A stretch of DNA of 64,000 bases from Octopus vulgaris (lineage: Eukaryota), in contig OX597814.1 of NCBI GenBank assembly GCA_951406725.2, positions 153,884,001-153,948,000 of the forward strand, written 5' to 3'. Under the pieces are notes generated by a model, which did not search any database, was not told where the DNA came from, and saw only the letters and a list, made by a program, of their open reading frames with translations. Position 1 is the first letter of the stretch, and every line of letters starts with the position of its first letter. Positions 36,088 to 50,691 of the stretch are shown piece by piece. A program made the translations under genes and the position numbers.

Positions 36088-37969
36088 TGTTTGACTTGAT
36101 TTTGTGGAACTCTTTTATGCTCCTGGACTCCAACCTACCATGGCTTTTATGAAATGAACTTTTTTGACATATATTTTTTGTTTGAGGGGAGTAAGAAAAA
36201 TCTTTTCAGTCAACTGATATTCTATTTTATTTAGATTTTTAGTCACATGACACACTTTAGAAATTTTAGTCGAGTGTATATATTGTCTTGTATATAAACA
36301 TCAAATGGCTATGGGGGTTTATCCAAGTAAAATTGGAATCAAAGGGTTCCATAGGGAAAAAATGGCTGAGAACCCCTGTATTAAAAATTCCTTACATCTG
36401 CTTTAAACAACCATTCAACCAAGAGAGAACCAAATTTCCCACAAAGGAAAGATAGATTTATCATCATCATCATCATCATTTGATGTCTGTAAGGTGTTGA
36501 GCAGGCAGAATCGTTAGCATGCCAGGTGAATTGCTTAATGGTATTTCGTCTGTCATTACAATCTGAGTTCAAATTCTGCCGAGGTTGAGTTTGCCTTTCT
36601 TCCTTTCAAAGTCAATAAAATAAGTACCAGTTATGCACCAAGGTTGTTGTAATTGACTATCCTCCTCCACCACAATTTCAGGTCTTGTGCCAAAAGAAGA
36701 AAGGCTTATGCAGGCATGTGTAGGATGGTTTGACAGGAACTTGCAAACCACAGGGCTGTGCCAAGCTCTAATGTCAGTTTGGCCATGGTTTCTACAGCTT
36801 GATGCTCTTGTTAATGCCAACCGCTTTAAAGTGTGTACTGGCTGCTTTTTTTTATGCCACTGTTCTTTTTCTGCAAGACAGGAAAAGAACACAAAAGCTG
36901 CCTCAAAAAAGTGGGTGGAGTATTTAAGAGGAAGTGATTTTATGCTGGGTTTTGAAAGAAGGAACAAGCTCAGGTGTCTTGCTATGGAGTGGTATATGGC
37001 TATCCCACATTATATAATGATGGGAGTAGCTGGAAAAAAGATATAGATGATAATAACAGGGTGCCAGAACAAACTTTCAAGGTACAAGAGAGGTATAAGA
37101 GAGAGCACAGAGAGTGGATCAGAGGGAAGAAGAGGGTGTAGTTTCATGAGAGTGTGAGGCGGGAAATAAAAGATGGTTAGGGATAATGGTAGAGATGAAT
37201 GTAGTGAATGATCAACAAAGGTGGAGATGCAATTGATTGGAAATATCAGTATGGAGATGAAAGAGATAGAATAATTCATGAAGGAGGATAGACCAGAAAG
37301 TAGGGAAATGATGTGCAAGGTGTAGGAGCAGTGGAGAGGGAGGAATAGAGGTATATAAGGGTGATTATAGTGAATGGGGCATGATGGTGGATATGAGAGG
37401 ATATTGAGAATAATAGCAGACATAACAGACAATCATACACTTAAAAAGAAAACAAGTGAGTCATGATTAGGTTTGCCTGCTCTGGATTGACTTAGGTTTT
37501 AAACACCAGCTTGTACCAAAATCACAAGTTTCTGCTTCTAAGCAAATGTAATTGAAGCTGCACATTTTGTTCAGTTTCTTATTGTTAACTACCCCTCTTA
37601 GAATCAACAACACTCTATACTTTAAAATGAACTAAGTATGTTTGTATTTTTTAAAGTCTCTAGTTTTGTAGCTCTAATAACTTTACTAGAATTTGAAGAA
37701 CCTCATCCTCCATCTAATAGAATAAACTCCTCATCACAAATTCTAATTATAGTTTGATGTGGATCATTAACAAAAAAATAAAAATGGTGAGGGAGAGGGA
37801 AAGAACAAACACAACAAAACACTGAGCAATAAACTTGTTAAATATTTGATTGACTATAGAAAAATTAAGCTTCACAGAATTATTTTACTTTCAGTTTGTG
37901 TTTATTTGTCCACACCCACCCAAACACATACCTTACACACACCTCAAACATACATTGTATATGAGCACA

Positions 37970-38148
37970 CGCATGTGTGTGTGTGTATGTGAGACTGTAT
38001 GAGTGTGCATGTGTGTGTGTATATACACATACATGCTAATATATATATTTCTACACACATATATGTACACACACATACTAATATATATATTTCTACACCT
38101 ACACATGCATATATATATACACACATGCACTCAAATACACCATATATA

Positions 38149-38209
<61 letters not shown>

Positions 38210-38330
38210 CGTGATTATATGTGCATACACTTGCATCTATATATGTGTATATATATACACACACACATACATGCACACACAAACACACTGACACGCCCCC
38301 ATATATCTGTGTGTATACATATGCACGCAA
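37970..38330. repeat. (TA)/(CA)/(TG) compound microsatellite
   Basis: Direct reading. Confidence 0.93.
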
Positions 38331-39269
38331 ACTAGAATGTTAATTTTCATCAATCATTCTACTAAAGGTTTTAGTTTTTGTTGTATATAGTTGTTTGCTT
38401 TAAAGCAACACTCCAGTTAAATTCTCTCAGAGAAGTGGTTAAATATTGATTGAACTTCATTTGATTTTACAAGAAATCTAAAACCAGATGCCATAAATAA
38501 AATCCAAAACACACTTTAATTACAGAGGCAGAGTGACTAAGTTTTCGAATTGTTGGACTACTGACAAAAATGTTATGAGTTCAAAACAAGTTACTGGCAT
38601 CATTTGTTATTGTAGTAGTTATCCCCACTTCAGCTCTGATCAAGGAGATATTTGAGCAAAAGCATTCCAGATGTGACCATCAAGTCTCATTTTATTTCTT
38701 TATTTTCAAGCAGGAAGCAATAACAAATGACTGAGACTTTTGGCAATACGCTGTGCTTGAGTAGAAGACCCATCAAGCCAAATGAAATCATAGTTGCAGC
38801 AAATACTGGTGTCACACAACTGGTCATCCATGCCAGTGGAATGTAAAAGCACCCATTACACTCTTGGAGTGGTTGGTGTTAGGAAGGGCATCCAGCTGTA
38901 GAAACTTGGCCTAATCAGACTGGAATCTGGTGCAGCCCTGGTCAAACCATCCAACGTATGCTGGTATGGACAATGGACATTAAATGATGACAATGATAAG
39001 GATGATGAGGATGATGAGTATAATCTGATTCTTTATGCTTTTTGGTTTAAAGAATTCTAAATCCCAATGTGTACTTCGTTTTTAAATAGTAGGGTACAAT
39101 TTGCTATTTCTAGCAGGTTAAATGACCATATATAAACTCTCTCCACTTACATTGGCTTGTTAAATTTCCAGGTAAGAATATTCATGATATTTCAACTCAC
39201 ATTGACATATTTACCCTCTCTCTCTCTTTAGGAGAGGCACAAGCACCTACACGCACATATACACACACG

Positions 39270-39425
39270 ACAGTAACTTCCGCCTGCCGAATTCAATCAC
39301 AAAGCTTCGGTCGGCTCGGGGCTATAGCAGAAGACACCTGCCCAAAGTGCCACGCAGTGGGACTGAGCCCGAAACATGTAGCTAGGAAGCAAACTCCCTA
39401 CCCACACAGCCATACCCGCGCCTAC
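39270..39425 (-). mobile_element. SINE family B-related head, CpG-rich variant
   Basis: Reverse complement resembles 56194-56350. Confidence 0.75.
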
Positions 39426-39842
39426 ATATTTATGTATTTGGTTCTTCACTGCATGAACGTTTTGTGTAAAACTAGTGCTCCAGAATGGTCTTAGCTGTGA
39501 TAGCTTAAACAATCCAAAGAAATGAAGTATATACATTGCTCTGTATTTAAGCAGTCTGCTATATTCAAATATATATACAGAAACAGATGTATATTAATAA
39601 TTATATTTAATCATTTCAATGCATCTTAGGCTGCTAGAGAGTAAGCAGGTGTGAAACATATCTCCAATCATCTCAATACTACATCAAATCATTGTTGTTA
39701 ACTAATGTTCTTGGATCTGACTGCATTAACTCTATCTTCCCAAACCTTTAGGACTACTACAAATACTAGATTTCACAATCCCTAATAATCTCTTATGGTG
39801 ACCCCACCCCCTTCATACATATAACATCACTAAAATTGCATC

Positions 39843-40412
39843 GTGGAGGCATGTGGCTTAGTGGTTAGGGTGTCAGCATCATGATCGTAAGAGTGTGGTT
39901 TTGATTCCTGGACCGGGCGACGCGTTGTGTTCTTGAGCAAAACACTTCATTTCACATTGCTCCAGTCCACTCAGCTGGCAAAAATGAGTAACGCTGCGAT
40001 GGACTGGCATCCCATCCAGCTGGGGAACACATACGCCATTGAAACCAGGAAACTGGGCCCGTGAGCCTGGCTAGGCTTTAAAAGGACGCAAGTGGAGGCA
40101 CAATGGCCCAGTGGTTAGGGCAGTGGACTCGCAGTCAGAGGATTGCAGTTTCGATTCCCAGACTGGGTGTTGTATGTGTTTATTGAGAGAAAATACCTAA
40201 AGCTCCACGAGGCTCTGGCAGGGGGTGGTGGCGACCACTGTTGTACTCTTTCACCCCAACTTTCTCTCACTCTTTCTTCTTGTTTCTTGAGTAACGCTGC
40301 GAATGACTGGCGTCCCGTCCAGCTGGCAGGGAACACATACACCATACAAACTGGGAAACTGAGCCCATGAGCCTGGATAGGCTTGAAAAGTGTGCATAAA
40401 TAAAAAAAATAA
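39843..40412 (+). mobile_element. Dimeric tRNA-derived SINE (family C monomer plus a different monomer with a shared tail)
   Basis: Two GTGGAGGC..TGG..AGTGGTTAGGG heads (39843 and 40092), a shared tail GAGTAACGCTGCG..GAGCCTGG, an A-rich end, and one TSD AAAATTGCATC (39832-39842 / 40413-40423). Confidence 0.85.
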
Positions 40413-42004
40413 AAAATTGCATCACAAATATTAAGACTCTTCTTTAAATCTAGCTTTATACATCAAGGCTCTATTTCCACAAATCTAATGTAAGACTAAC
40501 ACTGGATTACTGCTTACATTGATGAGATGGTGCTGCTGCTACAAACACACACACACACACATACACTTGTAAATATCTTAGAACAACTCCAAAACAATTT
40601 GGCCTTGGTCTATGATATTCCCATGTGGGATTGGATTTGACTATTCAATCACCAATGACCTTAAACAACTCAGACATGCTGTTTCTTTTCTCTGTCTTTC
40701 CTATCACTATAATAACCTCTGCTCCTCTGACTTAACCAACAGTACATTTTTGCCACCCAGACCCACTCATTCAACAGTTTTTTTCTCTTTCTGTCACTCT
40801 TATTATGTTTCACCTCCAAGATATGACACTAAATACTTCACTAATCCTTCTTCTCCAGATCTGTGGTCCTCTACATTTCCTTCTACACCTTTTTTCCCAA
40901 CATTTTTACACTAACATTTCTTTTAGACATCAGTTTATAGATGTCAAATCAAGCTTACAAGTTGGGAGGACCTTCAAAGGTCATGAGAGCTGCTCTTTCT
41001 TCTCTAGCTAACTTATTAAGTAAAAGTCTTTGATCTTTCTCAGCCACAACTATCCTCCACCATGAACTTATACATCATACATCATCCATTTGTATCACGT
41101 GCCCATAGTAACATAGCTACCATGCTAGCATATTATCTATTATTATCTCATCTGTTCCTATTTATTAATTTACTAGCTACAGTCAAAATAATACAGCAAA
41201 CCATATTTGCCTGGTCTGCAAGAAAAAAATATCCATTCATGAAATTATATATCTTGCTGTGTTTCATAAAAATATCTCAATATGCTGAATTAGACAAAAG
41301 TATGAAAACAGGTTAAAGCATTAAAAATTTAAAAACTGCGCATCTAAGTATCAACCTTATTTCTTATGTAATATAACTGTAATACAATGTGAAAAATGGA
41401 AGCATTATTAAAAAACTCAGATTTATAAAAGAGAGGAATAGAACAATCTGACATTCTTACATTAACTGATTTATTCTATGCTGTTCGTGTATATGTTAGT
41501 ATATACTTAGGTACAATAGTAACTCTGGTATTTTTTCTATTCTTTCAGTGAAGCCTTATAATAAATACAATATTCTTCCAAGTAATGACCAAGTGAGTAT
41601 ATGTGGTGAAGGTATTATGTTGGTTACGTCAGAGGAACAGAGGTTATTGTTATAGCAACAGGTGAAACAGAGAGAATAAACAAGTTCCTATATTTCTAGA
41701 AGCCTTATTCTATTGCATGGCCAAAATAGTCCAGTTTTTTCTCAAACTGAGCTTAAGTAATAAACAAGTAAATCATCCTCAGATCAAAATGCCACATCAC
41801 TTGCCAATGAAAGATAATTCAGGAATTTGAATAATATAATACTAAAAAGTATAACTTTAATAATAACATTCAATCTCTTTACTATACATATTGGACATTC
41901 TATTCAATTTTATACAATTCAGTCCATATATTTTAACAACAAAATTTCACTAAAATACAGTGTATGAAAAGACCAAGGAGAGAATCAACATTTAAGATTA
42001 AGGG

Positions 42005-42560
42005 TATCAAATTCGATGACTGGCATCCATGCTAGTGGGGTGTAAAGAGCACCATACGAGTGTGATCGTTGACAGAGCGGCTAACTGGCTTCTGTGCCAG
42101 TGGCACATAAAAGGCACCATTCGAGTGTGATCGTTACCAGCATTGCCTTACTGGCACTTGTGCCTGTGCTAGTAGGGTGCCAAGAGCACCATCCAAATGT
42201 GATCGTTGCCAGAGCATCTAACTGGCTTCTGTGCCGGTGGCATATAAAAGGGCGCCATTCGAGCGTGATCGTTACCAGCGTCGCCTTACTGGCACCTGTG
42301 CCGGTGGCTTGTGTAAAAAGATTCGAGCGAGGTCATTATCAGTACCGCCTGACTGGCCCCCGTGCCAGTGGCACGTAAAAAGCACCCACTACACTCTCAG
42401 AGTGGTTGGCGTTAGGAAGGGCATCCAGCTGTAGAAACTCTGCCAGATCAAGATTGGAGCCTGGTGCAGCTATCTGGTTCGCCAGCCCTCAGTCAAAATC
42501 GTCCAGCCCATGCTAGCATGGAAAGCGGACGTTAAACGATGATGATGATAATGATGATGA
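42005..42560 (+). mobile_element. Family D (RTE tail) young copy with multiple internal subrepeats
   Basis: Repeated GAGCACC..GTGATCGTT..ACTGGC..GTGCC.GTGGCA units. Ends GGACGTTAAAC(GAT)n. Confidence 0.88.
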
Positions 42561-42965
42561 ACAAAAGCCAAAATATTGGTGGTAGAGCATTAGGGCCCTT
42601 TGTGATTCTTATAGCTGAAACATCACATCATCACCATCATTTCAACATCCAACTTTTCCTGCTTGCATGCATCAAATGGAATTTGTGGAAGGAGATTTTT
42701 TACAGCCAAATGCCCTTCTTGTTACCAACCCTCACCTATTTCCAAGCAAGGTAGTATTTTCAATGGCTTGACATGTTTCCATAGAAAATTGGAAATAAAT
42801 GCCACCACTTGTATGATGGTGACACTCGTTTACAACTATTGTGTAATGTGAAGACAAGGAGACACAAATGCATATGCATGCATGTAGACATGGCTATGTG
42901 GTAAGAAGCTTGCTTACCAACTACATGGTTCCAGGTTCAGTCCCACTATGTGACATCTTGAGCAA

Positions 42966-43343
42966 GTGGCTCCTCATGGCTTCTGATTTTAACTGATTGG
43001 AAGTGTTATCATGTACATCATAGCCGTGTATTGAGAGGAATTCTTTGGGTTTTGAATAATTCACCTCTGGAAACATGGGTGTTTCATTCAACATCCTTAA
43101 ACAGCTCTTATTCAGGAACCTTTTGAGTGGGATGGGCTACACAGCCTGAAGAAAATTCTAACTGGCCTCCACCTGCAAGGTCATGCACCGTTTATCTTGA
43201 TATGAGATCACCATGTCATGTACATATGGTTGTGATGCATGTGCCTGGTCTACCCTTATTAGACGCGTAGTCATGATGGGTATACTGCACTTCATATATT
43301 TTACCCTAGTGTCAGTTTGATGGCATGAACTGCTCTCTCACTC
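42966..43343. mobile_element. Truncated, internally deleted copy of the (TAA)n-associated element
   Basis: Matches 43830-44361 with about 160 bp missing. Followed by (AAT)n. Confidence 0.85.
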
Positions 43344-43389
<46 letters not shown>

Positions 43390-43807
43390 GTAATAGTAAT
43401 AGTAATAGTAATAGTGATGATGATGATGGACTCTCCCATCAAAGATGATGTATGAGTGTTCAGATTTTACTGAGTGACCTGCATAAATAATTTATTTTCA
43501 TAGTGATCAAATGTTTGTGCTTCACATTAACTCACTCACTCCTTCATATCGATGTTGGCTGAACAGGTGCACAGTGTACCATCATGCATCAGGTGTCAAA
43601 GTGATCACAGAGCAATGTGACATAGTGTTCTGCTCAAGAATATAATGCACCACCAGGTCTAGGAATTGGAACCGTAGCATGGAAGACAGCTGTTAAACAA
43701 TGACGATGATGATGATAATGATCTTGCAGTCATGAGTGCAACACCCTAACCACTAGGCCATGTGTCCTCACAGTATTATTAATAATATTAATAATAATAA
43801 TAATAAA

Positions 43808-44361
43808 AGCCCTGATGCAGTACCAGATAGTGGCTCTCATGGTTTCTGATCTTAACTGATTGGAAATGTTATCATGTACATTGTTTTGTCTTGGTATAAA
43901 AGATGGGCTACAGCAAATATTCTGTTCAATACCACAGATTTGCTTGTCACTTGTTTGACGTTAACCAGTTGAGCATGTCCCTTAGTGGCTGACGATATGT
44001 GCATCTCTGATCACAAGCAGAATCAGTGGGGGAGCATCATAGCCATGTGTTGAAAGGATCTTTTAGAGGTTTGGATAATTCACCTTTGGAAACATGGGTG
44101 GTTCGTTCAACATCCTTAAACAAACCTTATTCGGGAACCTTTTGAGTGAGATGGGCTACTCAACCAGAAGAAAATTCTAACTGGGCCCCACTGCAAGGTC
44201 ATGCACTGTTTATCTTGATATGAGATCACCATGTCGCACACATATGGTTGTGGTGCATGTGCCTGGTGTACCCTTATCAGACGGGTAGTCATGCTGGGTA
44301 TACTGGGCTTCATATATTTGACCCCATTGTCACTTCGATGGCATGCAATGCTCTCTCACTC
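43808..44361. mobile_element. About 550-bp non-coding interspersed element flanked by (TAA)n on both sides
   Basis: Highly similar to 60917-61472 with the same two ends (GCCCTGATGCAGTACCAG .. GCTCTCTCACTC). Confidence 0.9.
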
Positions 44362-44407
<46 letters not shown>

Positions 44408-44430
44408 TAAATAATAATAATAATAATAAT

Positions 44431-44761
44431 AAGCTGACAACAAGGTATGCAATAAGGAAGAAAGAAAAGTCAATAGATATAACAAGTTAGTTTGGGAGGT
44501 TAAGCAGTTGTGGTTGATGTTAAAGGTGGTAGTAGTAACAATAATTGTCGGAGCCCTGGGAAAAGTGAGTAAAAATCTTGAGAAGTACGTGGAACAAATA
44601 GGGACTGCAATAAGGGTGGAGCACTTGCAGAAAACAGCACTGCTTGGAACAACTCAAATACTCCAGATGATGCTTGAAATGTAAGGGGTGTTACCTTAGT
44701 TCACTGGTAGTGAACTGCTGGCACTGTAGTACATCTCCAGTGTTAGAAGCTGTGCAAAGAC
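44431..44761 (+). mobile_element. 3' end of an RLE-type (R4/Dong-like) non-LTR retrotransposon
   Basis: VVVVTIIVGALG..LQKTALLGTTQIL* followed by a short UTR. Embedded between (TAA)n tracts. Confidence 0.75.
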
Positions 44762-46202
<1,441 letters not shown>

Positions 46203-46754
46203 GGAGGAGGAGGAGGAGGAGGAGGAGGATGGCAGCAGCTGTGGTCGTGATGATGATGATCATCATCATTTAGGCATAAGTTTAGAAAATCTCTGATTTA
46301 CAAAGACAAGGACAATACCAGTTATTTACAAATACCATATAAATGACTAATGAATGCAGTGGTAACAAGTATTACATGATACATGATTCAGCAGAACTGA
46401 CAGTTTCTGTTTTGAACTGAAATATTATATTTATTGAGCTATACTGATATCCTCTCCTCAATGATGGAAATGAAGGAAAGACAGAACTGAGTAAACAATT
46501 CAAAGAGAAGTAAATAGCAAAGCTGAAGTCTTATAACGTCATCAACATTACTTAATGTCCACTTTTCCATGCTTGCATGGACCAGTCAATATCTGTTGAG
46601 GCAAACTTTTTAGGTAAATTCCCTTCCTGTCATTGCTATACTTCACTTATTTCCAGACAAGGTAATATTTTCCCAAACCTAATCATGTTTTTACAAAGGA
46701 TTGGAACTAAAGGACTTTTTGATACAACCTCATATAAATATATATTTTGGTACA

Positions 46755-46815
<61 letters not shown>

Positions 46816-47334
46816 TCATTTGTCCAAGTACATAAATCTGGAGGAGAAGCAGACTCTAAGATGTAGAGCAGTTAATATTATAGTGGGGTAGGCGGGTTTA
46901 TGGGGTTACCCTGGGTTTCTCACTCATAAAGGGTTTAGCCTTACAGCATATCTTCAGACCCCAAACTTTGCTGACCTGAGACCTCTTTAAAATATCTTAT
47001 GAAGCAATCGCCAATCTCTGCTTCTGAGTCAGACTTGACCAGTATCTCAAAATATATTGAAGTTGATGAGGACAGGATATGAAAATTCCATTTTGATGTT
47101 CAGGAAAACATCCAAATAAAGAGAATTCTTCAGATTACTCACTTCTCTGCTAAAGAGACACTGCACCACTTGCTGTTAAAACATAGCCTGCATTTTTCAG
47201 TCAACCTCCAGTTGATATTATATGTCACAGCCTTTTCTTACTCTTGCCAGGTACATATAACCATTTTAACCAACAAAAGAGAATTAATTTTGGAATGTCT
47301 TGCAAACAACTTGCACATGCAAGTGCTACCAGTC

Positions 47335-47665
47335 AAAAACTCTGCATACCGGAAACCAGCAAGTGTATAGGGTCATCAGGAGAGAATGCACGCCGTTTCA
47401 GGGCCTACCTCTCGACGGCATCAATGCACACCAGCCCCCCTCACTGATATGAGGCGCCGCTTGCTATATCAGCTGGTTATCAAATAAAGCTCAATATTCT
47501 TCTAGCCATTGCTCATCGTCTCTTTTTAACCAAATCCAGTGGCTAGCCTTCCCCACTGTAGTTTGGATATCGGTCATGAAGGTATTGACTTTACGATGAG
47601 TTAGGCCTAGCGATAACAACAGTCTTCTCACACTGTGTCCAACAAACCCTCTACATCCAACTAAA
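47335..47665 (-). mobile_element. 3' end of a HERO/NeSL-like RLE non-LTR retrotransposon
   Basis: VGCRGFVGHS..LG..ASHWIWLKR C-terminal motif with a stop at 47491, followed by a GC-richer 3' UTR. Confidence 0.7.
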
Positions 47666-49489
47666 GCCTTCACTAAAATGAATTTTGATAAATTCATTTT
47701 CTCAGTTTTCCTAAAACTAAGTGGTTTGCTTTTGCTCTTGCCCTTCTACCTGACTGGATATACCTAATAGAGAACTTCATTCCTCTAATAATGTAGTTTC
47801 ATTTATGTCTAACAAATCAGGTGGCAAGCTGGCAGAACCATTAGCACGCCAGGCAAAATGGTAGTGGTATTTCATCTGTCTTTACATTCTGGACTCAAAT
47901 TTCGCTGAGATCGGCTTTGCCTTTCATCCTTGCAGGATTGATAAAATAAGTACCAGTTGAACATTGGGGTTGATGTAAAAAAACTTATCCCCTCCTCCGA
48001 AATTGCTGGCCCTGTGCCAAGATTTGAAACTGTTATGTCTGAAACAAATATTGTGGTTAAAACAACTCCACCAGATGACACTCAGGAAATGAAAACATAC
48101 TATGGAAAATATCCAACACATAGCAACTCTACCTGCAAACACATTAAGGTTGAAACATCCCCAACAAAAGACTATCAGTTCTAAGTACAAAACTATGGCT
48201 AGATATCATATGTTGCAAGAAACACATCTTCTACTCACAATATATGAAACTTATGCCCCCTAGAGCTCTGTTATGTCAACAAATGTAAAAGTATACATCT
48301 TGATAGCAAGCCTAGAAAGGATCATTAGAAATATATCTCATAAGTGTCTACTCTGTGAACTGAGAAAATATACAGGATTTCATCCATTGCATGCATCACA
48401 CAACTAAACAAAATATTCACCAAGTTTAATACAAAAAACTTCTCTGCCAAGATTATACCCTTCAAATAGCATCTAATAGTTCTCCTGTACTTTTGATAGC
48501 ATTTTTTTTTTTTTTTAGGTTAATCATGAGCCATGGGACTCTAGGCCAAAGTTTAATCCAGTCTCTATTGTATATAACTGACTGAGATTACAACACCCCC
48601 ACCCACACTGAATAGGATAGCAATCTTTTGCCTGGTTAGCTTCCAAGTTTTTGCTTGAACTCCTTTATAGCTGAGTGAACTGAAGCAACATGAAAGGAAG
48701 TATTTCACTCAAGGACACAGTGCAATGCCCACTTGAGGAATGAAATCCACAATCTTGTTACTGTGAATGCAAAACCCTAATTACTAGGCCATCTTCCTTG
48801 ACCTGTTGTGTTTCCCTACATGTATAGCTTCTATTGTAAAAAGAGTCATTCAGTGGGAATTTTTCCAGTAAACAGCATCACTCTTTCAGCTACAAGAATT
48901 TTTTTCTCATAATTCCTTGGTCTTTAGATTTTCAGATCAATGTAACTCCAGTTCTTGGAAAAATATTTGAACACAAGCTAAAAGAATGACATATTCAAAA
49001 CATCTGAAGCCACATTTTAACACCATTTATTATATTTATTCTATGTTCAATATCACACTTGTCTATTTCAGCTATAAATAATTAAAGAAATAAAATGAAG
49101 ACCAGAAGATTGTTTACAAAATGTAGATGATTAGTTATTTAGAATTATTTCAGTTTATTATTTACCTCCAACATTTTTTCTTTTACTGGATTCAGTCATT
49201 AGATTGTGACCATGCTGGAACACTACATTTAATAGTTGTGGCCGATTATATTGATTTGAAGCTAAATGTCCCTCAATATGTGTGAATATTTGTGTATGAG
49301 GGGCTGAGAGCATCTTGACATTGTCTGACAGTTGTAAAATGCATGTCACAATCATAAAGTAACGTCTTTCAATTTCAATCTTCTAGGAAAACACCCCTGG
49401 TCATGGGAATTACTACCTTACTTGGAAACAGGTGAAGGTTAGCAACAGGAAGAGCATTGGGTCTTCAAAAATTTGCCTCGACAAATACC

Positions 49490-49714
49490 TGTTTCTTTAT
49501 TACCCACAAGGGGCTAAACATAGAGGGGACAAACAAGGACAGACAAATGGATTAAGTCGATTACATCGACCCCAGTGCGTAACTGGTACTTAATTTATCG
49601 ACCCTGAAAGGTTGAAAGGCAAAGTCGACCTCGGTGGAATTTGAACTCAGAACGTAACGGCAGACAAAATATGGCTACGCATTTCGCCCGGCATGCTAAC
49701 GGTTCTGCCAGCTC
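49490..49714 (-). mobile_element. SINE family A nested in an older repeat
   Basis: Matches 4695-4927. 15-bp TSD GCCTC(G/A)ACAAATACC (49475-49489 / 49715-49729). Confidence 0.9.
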
Positions 49715-50691
49715 GCCTCAACAAATACCATTAATCTATGTAAGCATAGAAAAGTAGACATTAAAATGATGATGATGACTACGAAGCTGAAGATGATGAA
49801 CAGTATTTTGATCATTTTGTGGTGGCAGAACCCACACCAGTGGCTATGATTAACAGAAGTTAATTAAGTAATATGTAATAGGATATAATAAAATACATGC
49901 TGTAACAATAATTCAGTGTTGAAACCCTATTGTGGAGCATCGTTTTCTCTCAACTATGCTGACATTTAGGCATTTATCTGTCTAACTGGAAGGAAAACAA
50001 CTTCCATAATGATATCAGATTTCGATGAATATCTATAAAATATTATCGAAAATTATCAGAAAGAATTTTAAACAACATGTGGCGGAAGCAAACCCAAAAG
50101 AAGGTTTAGATTTGATATACTATAAATGTCACCTAGACCTACCATCAAGGTGAGGAATGTTATGGGCTATCATAAAATTTTGAATTAATTAGATGATCAC
50201 AATATCTGAAAGAGAAAGAAATAATCTTTCTACTCATTTCACATTGACATACATCATCTGCCAAGCTACAGGTTTACTCCTTATTCACAATATTTCTCAC
50301 TTAACATTCTACATATAAAATATAAACATGAAATATAAATATATATGTGAAAATAAATCAGAAATAAATATATTCAAAATATTCTTAACATTAAAATTAA
50401 ACATAAAGAAACTAGAAACATATGAGATATAAAGATATATTAAATATATATATATATATCAGTATACCAGTGTTGTAAAAAAAACAACACTTTTGTTAAT
50501 AGAAAATGGTGTATTCAGTGAAAATAGCAGGAAAAACCATAGATAAGTTTCTTAAATAAAACCTTAGCACTTTATATTTAACAAAAAAATATATTTCAAA
50601 AATGTGATGGTGCTTTTAACACTTGTGAAGCTTTTCATAATAGAACTTTTAATACAAAAGTGTGTGGATGTATGTACGTATATATATATAT

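Noticed and set aside
37020-37430. 140-aa minus-strand ORF in a purine-skewed tract
   Set aside because: Low-complexity strand asymmetry explains the lack of stops, and there are no protein motifs.
39843-40170. tRNA genes
   Set aside because: A/B-box heads run into SINE bodies and tails with a TSD. No complete cloverleaf is evident.
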